Assembly: GCF_001194135.2 (NCBI RefSeq)
Contig: NC_068988.1
Coordinates: forward strand, 21,011,701 to 21,075,700
Direction: 5' to 3'
Source of the DNA: Octopus bimaculoides
Lineage: Eukaryota
DNA length: 64,000 nt
A program made the position numbers and the translations under genes. How positions within the stretch are numbered: the first letter of the stretch is position 1; every line of letters begins with the position of its first letter. Under the pieces are notes generated by a model, which was given only the letters and a program-made list of their open reading frames with translations, did no database searches and was not told the origin of the DNA. Of the stretch, positions 61,895-64,000 are shown one piece after another.

Positions 61895-64000
61895 GTGAGT
61901 TCCTCTGATATTTTTGTATTTTTCTACCCACGTCGCGTTTTGTTGCCTGTTATTTATAAACTAACAGTTTTTAGTTTTATAGTTTGACTATAAACAAAAT
62001 AACATCACCACCATCAATAGTAATGAAACAAGCTGAGGGAGCCTCTAAGAAGTGATTGAAACTGACTAGAATAGCAGCCAAATCTTAAAAAAAAAAAAAG
62101 GGAAGGTCATATAGGATAAAGTAGTATTTAGACATCTTTCATCTTATATGTTTACACAATCAGTGCTGAGTTAGGGTAAATAACAACCTTAGCAGAAAAA
62201 AAAAAAAATAAATAAAGAGTGTAAATAATGAAAAAAACCTGAAAATTAACAGCTTCACCTTTTGTTTGTTTCTAGGATTGCTTATGATTGATGTAGGTTT
62301 GGTTAGTTTCCACATACTTGTCTCTGTCAATGAAAGGTTTGCTTTCAAGCATAGATACAAAGTTACACGTTTTTGTAACTGGAGTATATATAGTTGGTTA
62401 GATTAGTTCTCAGTACTTGACTAGTTCTTACCATATTTCCTCATATGTAAGTCGCACTATGTACTAAAGTGGTGAGCTGGTAGGATTGTTACTGCGCCGG
62501 GCGAAATGCTTAGCAGTATTTTGTCCGTCTTTATGTTCTGAGTTCAAATTCCGCTGAGGTCGACTTTGCCTTTCATATTTTCGGAGTCTATAAAATAAGT
62601 ACCACTTAAATGCTGAAGTTGATGTAAGTGACTTGCCGACTCCGCAGAAGCTGCTGGCCTTGTGCCAAAATTTGAAAGCAATAATTGATTTTAACTGAAC
62701 GAACTGGGGGGTGTGACTTGTACAAGGAGCAAATCTAAAACTTTGATAGAAAAATATTTGGTACCAAGATTTAACATTCAATTAGGAGTGCGACAGATAC
62801 ACGAGTAAATACTGTATTTTATAGGTTCCAGAAGATGAAGGGCAAAACTGGTCCCTAGCAAGATTTGAATTCAGAATGAAAAGGGATGATTTCTACCACA
62901 AGCAGAATGTCACAACATTTTGTGAGAGAGGAGGATATAGTTGGTTAAATCCTTTTTGGGGCTTATCTGATATTTATTTTAACTGACACCATAAGGATGA
63001 AAGGCAAAGCTAACCCAGAACACATAAAGGAACATCATTGTACTCCCTTCATCCTGTCCTCCCCTCTACTTATTTAACGAAGTGCAGTTGTTTGTTGTTA
63101 TTGTGACAGGGTATAACTTGAGGGAATTTTGGCTGCTGTTTCTAGCAGTTCAAGCAACTGCATAGAGGCTCTCTTATTTGTGTGTATAGTTTTTGTTGTT
63201 TGGCTTGAACAATTGTTGTCTTTTAGCTCTGATCAAGCAAATGTGCGATCAGCTTGAACAATTATTGTTTCAGTGGTTGATTGACTTAACTCTTGTATGT
63301 TTAACAGATTCAACATCGTCAACATCATCATCATCTTCTCCACGTCTTATTTCAAGAACTTGTAACAAACTTGGTTCTCTTTCTTTTTTTGGTGTCTCTC
63401 ACATTTGGTTGGCTGGTTTGTTGGTTGGTCGATCTTTCTATCTTCTTCCATTTTTTTTTGCTTTCTTTTTTCATGTTTTCCTCACATTTCATCATCGTCT
63501 TTCTCTTCCTTTCCCTACCCCCACCACCATCTATCTTTTGTTTCCTCTCTCTCTCTCTCTGTTTTTCCCCTCTCTTTCCCTTTCTCTCGTTTTCTTTGTC
63601 TTCCTCATTCTCCTATCTCTTTTGTATCTTTTTCTTTCCATCTTTTCTTTTTACAAACCTATTTTAAATATTTCACTTCAAGAGTGAACACACACATACA
63701 CATACATGTGTGTGTATATGTGTCTGTCTAGTTTTTGCCCCGCCTTCACTTGCTCCATAAATAATCTGTAAATATTGGCAGCTGTATCTTCTTTGGCACC
63801 ATTCTATCTATGCAACTAACTAAAGGAAGCTCAGCAGATGAGTTCTATAGAATTACCTGACATATGGTTCTTAGCTTACAAACGAGTGAAATCAACACAA
63901 AACTGCAGATGGGTCCACTATTCGCCCGCTTCATGTGGCTCCCAACCAGATTGCTGTGTGTGAACTTCAGTACCCTCAATTTTAAGGTTTTCATATGGTT

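Noticed and set aside
63193-63731. Long hydrophobic ORFs resembling membrane proteins
   Set aside because: Derived from a T/C-rich low-complexity tract that is open in all three frames.

Overview
AT-rich eukaryotic draft-assembly DNA with about 13 N gaps. It is almost certainly octopus: I recognise the tRNA-derived SINEs, the (ATC)n-tailed RTE-related repeats, dense microsatellites and TTAGGG repeats, but the species cannot be proven from sequence alone. There is no intact long protein-coding ORF, and most of the ORF track is an artefact of microsatellites and N runs. The window is mainly intron or intergenic sequence packed with SINEs and decayed LINE (CR1/L2-like, RTE), mariner, maT, hAT, Helitron and Penelope-like remnants, plus several MITEs with visible TIRs and TSDs. 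A CpG-retaining block at about 31.8-35.9 kb looks like a possibly divergent promoter, and there are a few weak candidate exons with no recognisable product. The most unusual signal is a 1.07-kb non-repetitive locus at 9906-10974. It holds two different long hairpins (stems of about 92 and 75 bp), each followed by a copy of the same 155-bp flank, and the whole is bracketed by a further inverted repeat. Also notable are two non-canonical hammerhead-like motifs, Merlin-like MITEs carrying telomere-like repeats (head-to-head in one copy), and a perfect 72-bp palindrome. All alignments and counts were done by hand.
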